This document shows positions 39,674 to 48,782 of a stretch of DNA of 64,000 nt, piece by piece. The translations under genes were made by a program, and so were the position numbers. This stretch comes from a virus. Position 1 is the stretch's first letter. Every line of letters starts with the position of its first letter. The stretch lies in the IMG/VR virus record IMGVR_UViG_3300035670_000069, positions 44,557 through 108,556 of that record; one strand, 5' to 3'. The notes under the pieces were generated by a model, which saw only the letters and a list, made by a program, of their open reading frames with translations, did not search any database and had not been told where the DNA came from.

Positions 39674-40648
39674 ATGACATTAAAATTTAACGATGACGAT
39701 AGATATCCAACTAAAAACAATGGATTTCATTCTATAGAATTAAACACATTAGATGTACACAAAAGACTTTCGCCAAAACTATTACAAGAAACCGAAATTA
39801 TTAGTTTAAAAAATATAATAAATATTGATACAGACAATAAAGAAATATACTATGTTGAATTACAAGATTCATTCTTTCATTTTTTATTAGAGGACATGTC
39901 AAATATATTGTATAATTTTAATTTAAATAAAGACATTGTCTTTATTCTTAATGCACACAATGTCTTAACATCTAATCAACCGCAGGTACCATGGCTTTTA
40001 AAATTATTTAAATTTTTAGATATTAATTTTATCTTATTAAATTTTGAAAAAGGTAAAAATTTAATAATAAAAGACTTTTATTCAACGAATAACGATAGCC
40101 TATATTATGATCATGTGGATAATTTTTATCATATTATACAAAGATATAAAGACAGGTATGGATTAATAAATCATGTTGGTCCATATAGAAAAGTTTATTT
40201 GAGTAGAAAAAAAATATCAGACAAAAGTAAACAGATTATGTTTAGTAACAATAATCCAGATAACTATAATTTTCAAGATGATATTCGTGTTGACAATGAA
40301 GAAAAAATAGAACAATATTTTAGTAATTTTGGATTTGAAATTATTTATCCCGAAGAGTTTCATAATTTTGATGATCAAATAGACTATTTTGATACTGTAA
40401 AAACTCTTGTTTCTTTAACGAGTGCTGGACTGAGTAATGCTTTGTTTATGAGGCCAGGACAAATGCTAGTAGAGTTATCCGTTCCATTAATTGTTGACGG
40501 CAGAGAATCTATTCACACTCACTATCAAGGGCTATCTTTTGCAAAAAACCATCGATATATATCAATTCCAAGCATGAGAAATTCTGATGATATAATTGGA
40601 CATATAGAAAATAACCTAAAACTAAAAGAGTTGATATCAAATGGATAA
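39674..40648 (+). CDS. GT61/DUF563-like glycosyltransferase
   Basis: FFH, KVYLSRK, RVDNEE, SAGLSNALFMRPG. Confidence 0.78.
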   Translation: MTLKFNDDDRYPTKNNGFHSIELNTLDVHKRLSPKLLQETEIISLKNIINIDTDNKEIYYVELQDSFFHFLLEDMSNILYNFNLNKDIVFILNAHNVLTSNQPQVPWLLKLFKFLDINFILLNFEKGKNLIIKDFYSTNNDSLYYDHVDNFYHIIQRYKDRYGLINHVGPYRKVYLSRKKISDKSKQIMFSNNNPDNYNFQDDIRVDNEEKIEQYFSNFGFEIIYPEEFHNFDDQIDYFDTVKTLVSLTSAGLSNALFMRPGQMLVELSVPLIVDGRESIHTHYQGLSFAKNHRYISIPSMRNSDDIIGHIENNLKLKELISNG

Positions 40649-42002
40649 ATTAATTATTTTTGATTTAGATGGAGTATTAATTGATAGTAAAACTTTACAC
40701 TTTGATGCATTTAATTTAGCATTAAAAGAAGCAGATCCATCTTATGTTATATCAAAAGAAGATCATAAAAATATTTATGAAGGTCTTCCAACTACCGAAA
40801 AATTAAAAATTTTAACAATCCAAAAAAATCTTCCAGAGTCAATGTATCAAAAAATTTGGGATATTAAACAAAAGCATACAATGAAAATGCTTGAAGATAT
40901 TTCTGAAGATCAAGAATTAAAGACAATAATTAGTTTTATAAAAGAAAATAATTTTAAAGTTGCAGTTGCAAGCAACAGCATAAAAGAAACTATTATAACT
41001 GTATTAAAAAAAATAGGAATTTTTAACGATATAGATTTTATAGTTGGAAATGAAGATGTTTTGCATCCCAAGCCACACCCAGAAATGTATTGGAAGTGCA
41101 TGTCTTATTTTAATACGGTGCCAGATAGCACTATAATTTTTGAAGATAGCGTTGTTGGCAAAGTTGCTGTTTATAATAGTAAAGCAAAATTAGTTCACGT
41201 AGAAAATAGAAAAGATTTAACGCTTAAAAAAGTTTCTGATTCAATTGAAACTATTAAAAATAGCCCAATTTCTATAATTGATAAAACAATAAACATACTT
41301 ATTCCAATGGCTGGTGCTGGCAGTCGTTTTGCTGATGCTGGATATTCGTTTCCAAAACCCCTAATTGATATCAATGGGAAAACAATGATTGAACTAGTTG
41401 TTAAAAATTTAGGAATTAAGGGAAATTACATTTTTTTAGTACAAAAAGAACATTACAACAAATATAACTTACAAGAAACTTTAGAATTAATTTCCCCTAA
41501 TTGTAAAATTGTTCAGGTGGACTCATTAACAGAAGGTGCAGCCTGCACCTCACTATTAGCAAAAAATTTAATTGATAATGACAATCCGCTTATTATTGCA
41601 AATTCAGATCAGTATGTGGAGTGGGATAATAGGGAATTTTTATATAATAGTTTAATAAAAAATACCGACGGATCAATTTTATTATTTAAATCATCACATC
41701 CGAAATGGTCTTATGCAAAACTAAATGATTTTGGGCTTGTGTCAGAGGTAGCAGAAAAAAAACCAATTAGCGATAACGCAACTGTTGGTATTTATTTTTG
41801 GTCTAAAGGATCAGACTATGTCAAATATGCAGAACAGATGATAAATAAAGATATTAGAACAAATAATGAATTTTATATTTGCCCCGTTTATAACGAAGCC
41901 ATTGAAGATGGTAAAAAAATTGGATCATTTTTTGCAAATGCAATGTGGGGACTTGGCACTCCTGAAGATTTAAATTTATTTTTAAGGAACAAAAATGATT
42001 AA
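40641..42002 (+). CDS. Bifunctional HAD phosphatase / nucleotidyltransferase
   Basis: FDLDGVL, KPHPE, FEDS fused to IPMAGAGSRF..PKPLI..ANSDQ..GLGTPEDL. Confidence 0.9.
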   Translation: MDKLIIFDLDGVLIDSKTLHFDAFNLALKEADPSYVISKEDHKNIYEGLPTTEKLKILTIQKNLPESMYQKIWDIKQKHTMKMLEDISEDQELKTIISFIKENNFKVAVASNSIKETIITVLKKIGIFNDIDFIVGNEDVLHPKPHPEMYWKCMSYFNTVPDSTIIFEDSVVGKVAVYNSKAKLVHVENRKDLTLKKVSDSIETIKNSPISIIDKTINILIPMAGAGSRFADAGYSFPKPLIDINGKTMIELVVKNLGIKGNYIFLVQKEHYNKYNLQETLELISPNCKIVQVDSLTEGAACTSLLAKNLIDNDNPLIIANSDQYVEWDNREFLYNSLIKNTDGSILLFKSSHPKWSYAKLNDFGLVSEVAEKKPISDNATVGIYFWSKGSDYVKYAEQMINKDIRTNNEFYICPVYNEAIEDGKKIGSFFANAMWGLGTPEDLNLFLRNKND

Positions 42003-42435
42003 AATTTCTCATAGAGGCAACCTGCATGGTCCTAATCTTAATGACGAAAACAATCCAGACTATATCTATGAAGCCATTAAGTCTGGGTATAATGTCGAAA
42101 TTGATTTTTGGGTAGTTGATCGTAACTTATATTTTGGACACGAAGAGCCTACCTATAAGGTTAATGATTATTTTTTACATTATAATATAAAAAACATATG
42201 GCTTCATTGTAAAAATTTAGAAGCATTAGATTTTGTTTTGACAGTGCCAAAATATTATAAAGCATTTTGGCATCAGGAAGACTCTTACACAATAACAACT
42301 AATAACTATATATGGACATATCCTGGAATGCCAGTCACCGATAAAAGTATTTTGGTGCATAAGGATATGCCAACAAAGGATGTTTTATCTTTAAATATGG
42401 CTGGGATTTGTAGTGACTATATAGGCAAAATATGA
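41995..42435 (+). CDS. Glycerophosphodiester-phosphodiesterase-like protein
   Basis: ISHRGN..EN..VEID..GH..GICSD. Confidence 0.78.
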   Translation: MIKISHRGNLHGPNLNDENNPDYIYEAIKSGYNVEIDFWVVDRNLYFGHEEPTYKVNDYFLHYNIKNIWLHCKNLEALDFVLTVPKYYKAFWHQEDSYTITTNNYIWTYPGMPVTDKSILVHKDMPTKDVLSLNMAGICSDYIGKI

Positions 42436-43349
42436 TTTTTTACGATAATACTACTGAAGGTAAGTTTTATCAAGGAATTTATAAATTAACTAATTCTGGA
42501 AACTCTTTGGTTGTAGAAAAATCTAACCTAATTGTTAACGGGGTTTTTACAGAAAAAAACAAACCGAAAGTTTTCTTATTTATTAAGGATAGATTTTATC
42601 ACCAAATAGTAGAAACATTTGCAATAATTTTATTTTCTATAAAGGAAGATCCAGATACAATTTTTATATTAGATTTAACCCAACAGCCTAGACTAAACGA
42701 ATTAGACTTTTTGTTTAAATATTTAGATGAAAACAATATCAAATACTACATAACTAATTTAAGAAAAAGTGGTCCCCTATATGTTTCTGATTTTAAAACA
42801 TACATAAACTATCAAATTCATAAAAAATGTGTAGATGTCTTATACGAAATGTCTCAAAAGTTTGTCAAGAATCATAAACCATTTCGAAAGGTATATATTA
42901 GTAGGGCAAAAACCATTAATCATAGCGAAATAGCAATGTTTGGTCCAAATAATGATTCGTCTAAATTTAATTTTAACAATGATATAAGGCTAGATAATGA
43001 TAAAAAAATGGAATCTTATTTTTCATCTTTGGGCTTTGAAATTATTTATCCAGAAGACTTTTTAAATTTTAATGATCAATTAATATTTTTTAATGAAGTA
43101 AAAATAATTGCAGGGGTTACCAATGCTGGCCTTTTGAATTCTATATTTATGCAGCCAGGGGGAATTGTATTAGAATTAACTGTCCCATTGATAGTGTATG
43201 GAACAGAAAAAATTCATCATCAATACAAAGGACTTGCAGATGTTAAGGAGCACATGTATTTATCATTATTTAGTATGAGAAAAGTCGATGATTTTATTGA
43301 CAAAATAGAAAATAATAAAATGATAAAAGAATTGCTTTTAAGTAGTTAG
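42432..43349 (+). CDS. GT61/DUF563-like glycosyltransferase
   Basis: FYH, KVYISR, PEDF.NF.DQ, AGLLNSIFMQPG. Confidence 0.78.
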   Translation: MIFYDNTTEGKFYQGIYKLTNSGNSLVVEKSNLIVNGVFTEKNKPKVFLFIKDRFYHQIVETFAIILFSIKEDPDTIFILDLTQQPRLNELDFLFKYLDENNIKYYITNLRKSGPLYVSDFKTYINYQIHKKCVDVLYEMSQKFVKNHKPFRKVYISRAKTINHSEIAMFGPNNDSSKFNFNNDIRLDNDKKMESYFSSLGFEIIYPEDFLNFNDQLIFFNEVKIIAGVTNAGLLNSIFMQPGGIVLELTVPLIVYGTEKIHHQYKGLADVKEHMYLSLFSMRKVDDFIDKIENNKMIKELLLSS

Positions 43350-43366
43350 TCTGATATAATAAAATA

Positions 43367-43606
43367 ATGTATACTACAAAAATGTCAAAAGCCTTTAGGT
43401 CTTTAGATCATTTTTGCCCAAAAGGATTCCAAGTAGAATTAATAGACAATGAACATTTTATTACCATCCGTGCTTCTGAAAAATCCTTCATGTCTTTACT
43501 TGACACAGACAAGAGACGTGCTGTAGAATATATGGTAAGGGTTAAAAAAGCCCTTGAAGACAATGGCGCCATTGTTTTGTTAGTTCGTGAAGGCGGTAAA
43601 GAATAA
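43367..43606 (+). CDS. Hypothetical protein
   Basis: Leaderless (TGATATAAT-N6-ATG). Confidence 0.65.
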   Translation: MYTTKMSKAFRSLDHFCPKGFQVELIDNEHFITIRASEKSFMSLLDTDKRRAVEYMVRVKKALEDNGAIVLLVREGGKE

Positions 43607-44103
43607 TGCAAACATTCTTAACATCTACCAACAGTCTTGAATGTGCACAAAATCTTGACAATAAAAGATTAAACAAGCAGATACTTGAAGGCTATCAAAT
43701 TCTTAATGTATTATCTGGCAGATCAAAGACTGGCGGATGGCGTAATCATCCTGCTGTGCTTATGTGGAAAGGTTATGAACATGGACTTTGGTCATATATT
43801 GAAAGCATGGTACAAATTGCTAATCTTCGTGGCATTAAAACAGAAAATAATGTAAAGAATTTAAATGCTTTATATGCAGAGTGCTATGAAGACTGGGGTA
43901 ATGAGCATCCAGCGTTTTGGCGGGATGATAATAAAATAATGCGTATCATTACTACTCACCGTGCTAATCTATTTAAAAAAGATCCACTTTACTATGCTAA
44001 GTATCAATATGCAGTAAATAGCCCACATAACGTTCCTTGCTGTCCAGATCGTAAAGAGCCTTGCAAATATTATTGGCCAACACATGAGGTCTCTAATGCT
44101 TGA
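43606..44103 (+). CDS. Pyrimidine-dimer DNA glycosylase family protein
   Basis: MQTFL..LDNKRL.KQ..E..QIL..GWRNHPAV.MW.GYE..HR.NL..KDP. Confidence 0.82.
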   Translation: MQTFLTSTNSLECAQNLDNKRLNKQILEGYQILNVLSGRSKTGGWRNHPAVLMWKGYEHGLWSYIESMVQIANLRGIKTENNVKNLNALYAECYEDWGNEHPAFWRDDNKIMRIITTHRANLFKKDPLYYAKYQYAVNSPHNVPCCPDRKEPCKYYWPTHEVSNA

Positions 44104-44500
44104 TTTGTTAATATTTATAGTGGTTGTTGTTGTAATCGTAGGCGCTGTATTAGAAAACATTAGATTGAAAAACAATAATACAGAATTACTATTTTTATTG
44201 GCCCAGTCAAATATTGATAATTCTTTAATAAAGAAAAAAATAACAACAGAACAAGATATAGAAAAAGACCACCTAATAAAATTTTTATCAGATTCTAGAG
44301 ATTCCTCATATCAATATATAGAAGATGTTCAAAATGAATTAAAAAATTTTAAAAATGATTTAGAGCGTCACGTTGCATATTTTGATTCATACGGAATGCT
44401 TGCAGAGCCATATGATGTGCACTATGACATGTCCGTAAAGTTTGTAGAATATTATAAAAAATTAATTAGTTTTATTCCAAAGGACGAAAATGGCAATTGA
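44096..44500 (+). CDS. Membrane-anchored hypothetical protein
   Basis: N-terminal TM plus helical body. Confidence 0.6.
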   Translation: MLDLLIFIVVVVVIVGAVLENIRLKNNNTELLFLLAQSNIDNSLIKKKITTEQDIEKDHLIKFLSDSRDSSYQYIEDVQNELKNFKNDLERHVAYFDSYGMLAEPYDVHYDMSVKFVEYYKKLISFIPKDENGN

Positions 44501-44693
44501 CTTTAGAGGAATACCAACAACGGCATGTCCAATATGTGGTTGTAAAACTTTTAACATAAAGGCAGAATTTGATCCAACAGACTATGAAATAGGATTATAT
44601 TATTTAGATGGAAATTGTTCACAATGTGGTACACTATTAACAGTGCCAACACCACTAGACCATCCAAGTAATAGGGAGAAAAATGGATTATAA
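44490..44693 (+). CDS. Zinc-ribbon protein
   Basis: CPIC...CSQC. Confidence 0.65.
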   Translation: MAIDFRGIPTTACPICGCKTFNIKAEFDPTDYEIGLYYLDGNCSQCGTLLTVPTPLDHPSNREKNGL

Positions 44694-45270
44694 AGAATTA
44701 GCAACTGGGATAGTAGTCGTAAATGATATAGGAAACGGCAAAAAATATTTAGAAGAAATAGAATCTTATGTTGATAAAAAAATATTATCTTGGGTTCCTC
44801 ATGATCAAAAAAAGATTGACGAAGATCTTAATCGTAAAGCAATGAATACAATGTATATTAAAAATATTCGCAGATGGGGTTTTGGCAAAACTCCAACTCC
44901 AAGTCAAATCATACATGATTATTTTTTTGATAGATTTGAAAGAGATTTTCATGAAGCCTATGAGAAATATACCCAAGATTTTCATGTTCCATATAGCCAA
45001 AAAGAGGACTACGAAATATTAAAATATGGACCAGGAAACTTTTTTATAGATCATATAGATGATGGACTATTTATGACAAGAAGGGTTTCTGTTGTATATT
45101 ATTTTAATGATGACTATAAAGGGGGAGAAATAATTTTTCCAAGATTTGATTTAGAAATTAAACCGAAAGCAAACCAACTTTTGCTTTTCCCAGCAAACTA
45201 TATATATAATCATAATGTAAACGAAGTTACGGAAGGCACCAGATATTCTATGGTGAATTGGTTAAAATAA
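44683..45270 (+). CDS. Prolyl-4-hydroxylase-like 2OG-Fe(II) oxygenase
   Basis: HID, NDDYKGGE, FPANYIYNH.V..G.RY. Confidence 0.9.
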   Translation: MDYKELATGIVVVNDIGNGKKYLEEIESYVDKKILSWVPHDQKKIDEDLNRKAMNTMYIKNIRRWGFGKTPTPSQIIHDYFFDRFERDFHEAYEKYTQDFHVPYSQKEDYEILKYGPGNFFIDHIDDGLFMTRRVSVVYYFNDDYKGGEIIFPRFDLEIKPKANQLLLFPANYIYNHNVNEVTEGTRYSMVNWLK

Positions 45271-45428
45271 TGAGAGAGATACTGTTATCAATAATTACTG
45301 GTTTTGGCTGTGGCGTAATATTTGCAGCGTTTAAACTACCAGTTCCAGCACCACCAGTGTTTGCTGGAGTTGCTGGTATAATAGGGTTATGGCTTGGTTA
45401 TGATGTCATAACTAGAGTCATATCCTAG
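45270..45428 (+). CDS. XapX/DUF1427-like small membrane protein (not in ORF track)
   Basis: 52 aa, G...G.IFA.FKLPVPAPP.FAG..GI.G..LG. Confidence 0.8.
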   Translation: MREILLSIITGFGCGVIFAAFKLPVPAPPVFAGVAGIIGLWLGYDVITRVIS

Positions 45429-45436
45429 GAGGAAAA

Positions 45437-45730
45437 ATGAATATGTTAAAAGAAGAACACAAGAAAATGATTGCGTCTTATGGACGATCTGTTCTTGCTG
45501 GTGTTGCAGCGCTTTATGTTGCTGGTGTCACTGATCCAAAAGAACTTTGGGCAGCACTTGTAGCAGCGATTGCCCCAGTAGCATTAAGAGCGTTGAATCC
45601 AAATGATCCAGCGTTTGGCCGTCTTCCTGCAGCAAAGGCTGTAGAAGAGGCAATGAAGGCAGTTAAGAAGCCAGTAAAGAAGGTTGCAAAGAAATCTTCT
45701 GGTGGTGGATCTAACCACAATATGGCTTAG
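45437..45730 (+). CDS. Holin-like membrane protein
   Basis: Two hydrophobic segments, RALNPNDPAFG, basic tail; AGGAGG RBS. Confidence 0.55.
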   Translation: MNMLKEEHKKMIASYGRSVLAGVAALYVAGVTDPKELWAALVAAIAPVALRALNPNDPAFGRLPAAKAVEEAMKAVKKPVKKVAKKSSGGGSNHNMA

Positions 45731-45747
45731 TTCATGCTATAAGAATT

Positions 45748-45776
45748 TGGGGGCCGAAAGGCCCCCTTATTTTTTA
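45748..45776. terminator. Intrinsic terminator between convergent genes
   Basis: GGGGCC-GAAA-GGCCCC followed by TTATTTTTT. Confidence 0.8.
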
Positions 45777-46445
45777 ATCTTGTAAATGCGGTGGCCTTAA
45801 AAAATATTTAAATTTTGGTTCATAAGGGAAATCTATAGAGTCAAGCCTATGCTGTCTTTCTTCTTCTGTTATCTCACATCCAAAAAAAACTATAGTATAT
45901 CTAGTATTGCCACCAGTTTTTGAATGTATTTTATGTTGATATGAATAAGCAGAAGGGAAAATTATAAATTGTCCTGCTTTGGGTTTATACTTAATTCCAA
46001 AATGCACAAACTCTAACTCTCCTCCTTCATAATCATCATTTGGATAATGAACAAAAGAAACAGTCCTTGGCGTTCCATAAGAATCGTCAGGATGCATAGA
46101 AAAGAATTCACCATCTTCAAATTTTGTAACTCTATATGCTTCCCTAGTAATTGGGGCTATGTCCCACATTTGACAATACGAATCTACAATTTCCTCAAAA
46201 GCCTCACACATATCATCATTTTCATAAATCCATGTTGTGCTTGCCTTTTTCCCAATCTCTTCATCGTAATAATCTTCTCTTTCAAATTTCCCAGAATCTT
46301 CAAGTTTTTTCATGAGATCCATTGCACCTGAAAAAACATTGTCATATACATGTATTGCTGGGCCAAGTTCTGTAAATTTAAACTCGTTACCCTTCCTGCT
46401 TCTGGTTATGCGATTTTCTTTTAATGATAATTTTTCTTTATCCAT
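45774..46445 (-). CDS. Prolyl-4-hydroxylase-like 2OG-Fe(II) oxygenase
   Basis: HPD, NDDYEGGELEF, FPSAYSYQH..RY. Confidence 0.88.
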   Translation of the reverse strand: MDKEKLSLKENRITRSRKGNEFKFTELGPAIHVYDNVFSGAMDLMKKLEDSGKFEREDYYDEEIGKKASTTWIYENDDMCEAFEEIVDSYCQMWDIAPITREAYRVTKFEDGEFFSMHPDDSYGTPRTVSFVHYPNDDYEGGELEFVHFGIKYKPKAGQFIIFPSAYSYQHKIHSKTGGNTRYTIVFFGCEITEEERQHRLDSIDFPYEPKFKYFLRPPHLQD

Positions 46446-46492
46446 ATTTCTCCTTAGACTATACAATTATACCACCTTGTGGTATACTTATA

Positions 46493-46549
46493 TTATACCT
46501 GCCCAAAGGGGGGTATAAACTGAACTCGCTTAACAAGGAGGAAATAATG
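46493..46549 (+). promoter_or_regulatory. ROSE-like RNA thermometer candidate in hsp20 5' UTR
   Basis: TATACT at 46483; hairpin TTATACCT/GGGTATAA; CTCGCTT pairs with the SD AAGGAG leaving a bulged G. Confidence 0.6.
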
Positions 46550-46963
46550 GTAAGTTCATTTAGTCTGGATCTATTTAAGGATCCATTTTTTATTGGTTTC
46601 AACAAAGAGTTGGACCGTCTTTCAAACATCCATCGTGAGGCAACTCGTCAATCCTATCCACCATATGATGTGGTAAGAATTGATGAAGATACTTATAGAT
46701 TATCTTTGGCTATTGCTGGCTTTAATAAAGATGAGATTGAGGTATCTGTTGAAAACGGAAGTCTAATTATCAAGGGCGAAAAGGCTGAAGAAGAATTAGA
46801 CTATCTTCATAAAGGCATTGCAACCAGAAAGTTCACAAGAACATTTGCTCTTGGAGAACACATGGAAGTAGATCGTGCTGAGGCTGAAGATGGAATTCTG
46901 CATGTTGTTATTTTACGCAACATCCCAGAAGAAAAGAAACCAAAAACAATCAAAATAAAATAA
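46547..46963 (+). CDS. Small heat-shock protein, Hsp20/IbpA-like
   Basis: DPFFIGF, YPPYD, AIAGF, YLHKGIATRKF.R.F.L, DGIL, PEEKKP..I.I. Confidence 0.95.
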   Translation: MVSSFSLDLFKDPFFIGFNKELDRLSNIHREATRQSYPPYDVVRIDEDTYRLSLAIAGFNKDEIEVSVENGSLIIKGEKAEEELDYLHKGIATRKFTRTFALGEHMEVDRAEAEDGILHVVILRNIPEEKKPKTIKIK

Positions 46964-46983
46964 ACTGATATGATATAGTCAGG

Positions 46984-47059
46984 TCCCCTGCAGGACCTTG
47001 GGATGATTAGTTACCATCTTATTAACCTGGGCCTTCGTGCCTGAATTTCCTGCGGGGGA
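46984..47059 (+). ncRNA. Structured small RNA candidate, family unknown
   Basis: 12-bp closing stem TCCCCTGCAGGA/TCCTGCGGGGGA enclosing two hairpins; TGATATAGT immediately upstream. Confidence 0.55.
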
Positions 47060-47089
47060 TTTATAATGTCCAGTATAATTATCCTATCT

Positions 47090-47362
47090 ATGACAGACAA
47101 AGAACTTCATAGGCAAAAGCAGGCTTATAAACAAAGACTGACAGAAATAAAACAGTCTAGTGGATGTGTAGACTGCGGAGAAAATAATCCAATAGTATTA
47201 GACTTTGATCATCTTAAAGATAAAAAATACAATGTATCCAGAATGATTCACGATGGTTTTTCCTGGAAATCAATTAAAAAAGAAATAGCAAAGTGCGAGG
47301 TTGTATGTGCTAATTGCCACAGGATAAGAACTCATAACAGGTTTATTGAAAATGCTAGTTAG
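47090..47362 (+). CDS. HNH endonuclease
   Basis: CVDC..LDFDH..VCANCHRIRT. Confidence 0.85.
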   Translation: MTDKELHRQKQAYKQRLTEIKQSSGCVDCGENNPIVLDFDHLKDKKYNVSRMIHDGFSWKSIKKEIAKCEVVCANCHRIRTHNRFIENAS

Positions 47363-47538
47363 ATATTTTTAATGTGGTTGATTATGGCATCTGATAAATT
47401 TTTATCAAAATGGTGATGGCCAGTTGCTAATTTTTCTAATTGTGGTTGCAAAGAAAGTACTATCTTTTCTTTAGTGGCCTGCATAATTTGATGAGTCAGT
47501 ATTTCTGCTTTTTGTTCTGTAGTTAATGATTCTTCCAT
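47359..47538 (-). CDS. Hypothetical protein (not in ORF track)
   Basis: 59 aa MEESLTTEQK...; TAAAAT-N6-ATG leaderless signal. Confidence 0.55.
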   Translation of the reverse strand: MEESLTTEQKAEILTHQIMQATKEKIVLSLQPQLEKLATGHHHFDKNLSDAIINHIKNI

Positions 47539-47575
47539 ACCTTAATTTTACCATAACATATGATATACTATTTCT

Positions 47576-48661
47576 ATGCCATATCATGTAGGTGCTAAAG
47601 GGTCATACGGGTGTTCTGGATACCCTGCCTTAAAAGACACAGGAGAGGTTATGGGGTGCCATAAGACTCGCCGTGAGGCAGCAGCACAGATCTATGCTAT
47701 AAACCGCTCTGAGGGCAATATAGGCAAGGCTATGGTCAAAGAGGGCGATATGGTGATGGCCCCACACGAAGAAGAAATGTATGTTGGCCGTGTAGTTCAT
47801 GTAATGACAGAAGGTATGCTTGGAATGCCAGGATCAGAATATAGTATTGAGGCTACTTCAACAGAGCCTGCTATACTTATCCAACTGTTTGAAATGGAAG
47901 AAGGCGGTCTTGAAGAGACTGAATATTTCGTTGGAGCAAAAGCATCGGAGGTAATGGTAATGCCATCATTAGAAGAAAACGTAGGCATGGATAAAGCATA
48001 CGAAGGATGCGGATGTCCAATGTGTAAAGAATTAGATGTAACTTGTGACCAATGCCCACAATGTCAGTCTGGAGATATGAAATCGGATTGTTGTGGTAGT
48101 GTTGAAAAGAAATCGCCATGTTGGGAAGGATATGTACAGCGTGGAATGAAGCCAGGTAAAAATGGTAGCATGGTTCCTAATTGTGTCCCTGTTAAAAAAG
48201 CAGATGATCTTTGGGAAGATGATGATACAGTTGTTTACGAAACAGAATCGATGTTAAAGGCTGAAGGATATTCTCCACCAGCAGGTGCTCGTGCAGCAGC
48301 ACGTAAAGCGATTAGATTTAAAGAACAAGGTAAGGCAAAAGGTGCGGGTACATCAGTAGGATGGACTCGTGCAGGACAGTTAGCAAGAGGAGAATCACTT
48401 TCTCTAAGCACTGTTAAAAGAATGTACTCTTATTTTTCTCGTCACGAGGTTGATAAAAAGGGGAAGGATTGGGCTAATCAATCAAATCCGTCTAATGGGT
48501 ACATAATGTGGTTAGCATGGGGTGGGGATGCTGGCTATTCTTGGTCACGTCGTATCGTGAATGCAGAAAAAGATAAGGCATTGTTTGCTGATACCTTTAA
48601 TACAATAGAAAAACAAAGCAAGAAAATTCGTGGTAGCGGTAATGTCTTCTGGCAAATATAA
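47576..48661 (+). CDS. Modular head-associated protein candidate
   Basis: Modules MPY..CH, CWEGY..GMK..VPNCVP and GTSVGWTRA.QLA..KRMYSYFSRH..WGGDAG, recalled from phage head-related proteins. Confidence 0.55.
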   Translation: MPYHVGAKGSYGCSGYPALKDTGEVMGCHKTRREAAAQIYAINRSEGNIGKAMVKEGDMVMAPHEEEMYVGRVVHVMTEGMLGMPGSEYSIEATSTEPAILIQLFEMEEGGLEETEYFVGAKASEVMVMPSLEENVGMDKAYEGCGCPMCKELDVTCDQCPQCQSGDMKSDCCGSVEKKSPCWEGYVQRGMKPGKNGSMVPNCVPVKKADDLWEDDDTVVYETESMLKAEGYSPPAGARAAARKAIRFKEQGKAKGAGTSVGWTRAGQLARGESLSLSTVKRMYSYFSRHEVDKKGKDWANQSNPSNGYIMWLAWGGDAGYSWSRRIVNAEKDKALFADTFNTIEKQSKKIRGSGNVFWQI

Positions 48662-48782
48662 AAGACACGATAAGTTTAACCCAATTCAAATTAAAGATGG
48701 AATGGTTGTTCGTCTAAGAAAAGATGGAACTATAAAAGCAATACTTGGTAAATATGGAGAATACAAAAAAAATACTAAATAA
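48642..48782 (+). CDS. Small basic hypothetical protein (not in ORF track)
   Basis: 46 aa MSSGKYKRHDKFNPIQIKDG... Confidence 0.5.
   Translation: MSSGKYKRHDKFNPIQIKDGMVVRLRKDGTIKAILGKYGEYKKNTK

Noticed and set aside
46984-47059. Element as a tRNA, fluoride riboswitch or preQ1 riboswitch
   Set aside because: No cloverleaf, and only superficial resemblance to those consensus sequences; kept as an unknown RNA
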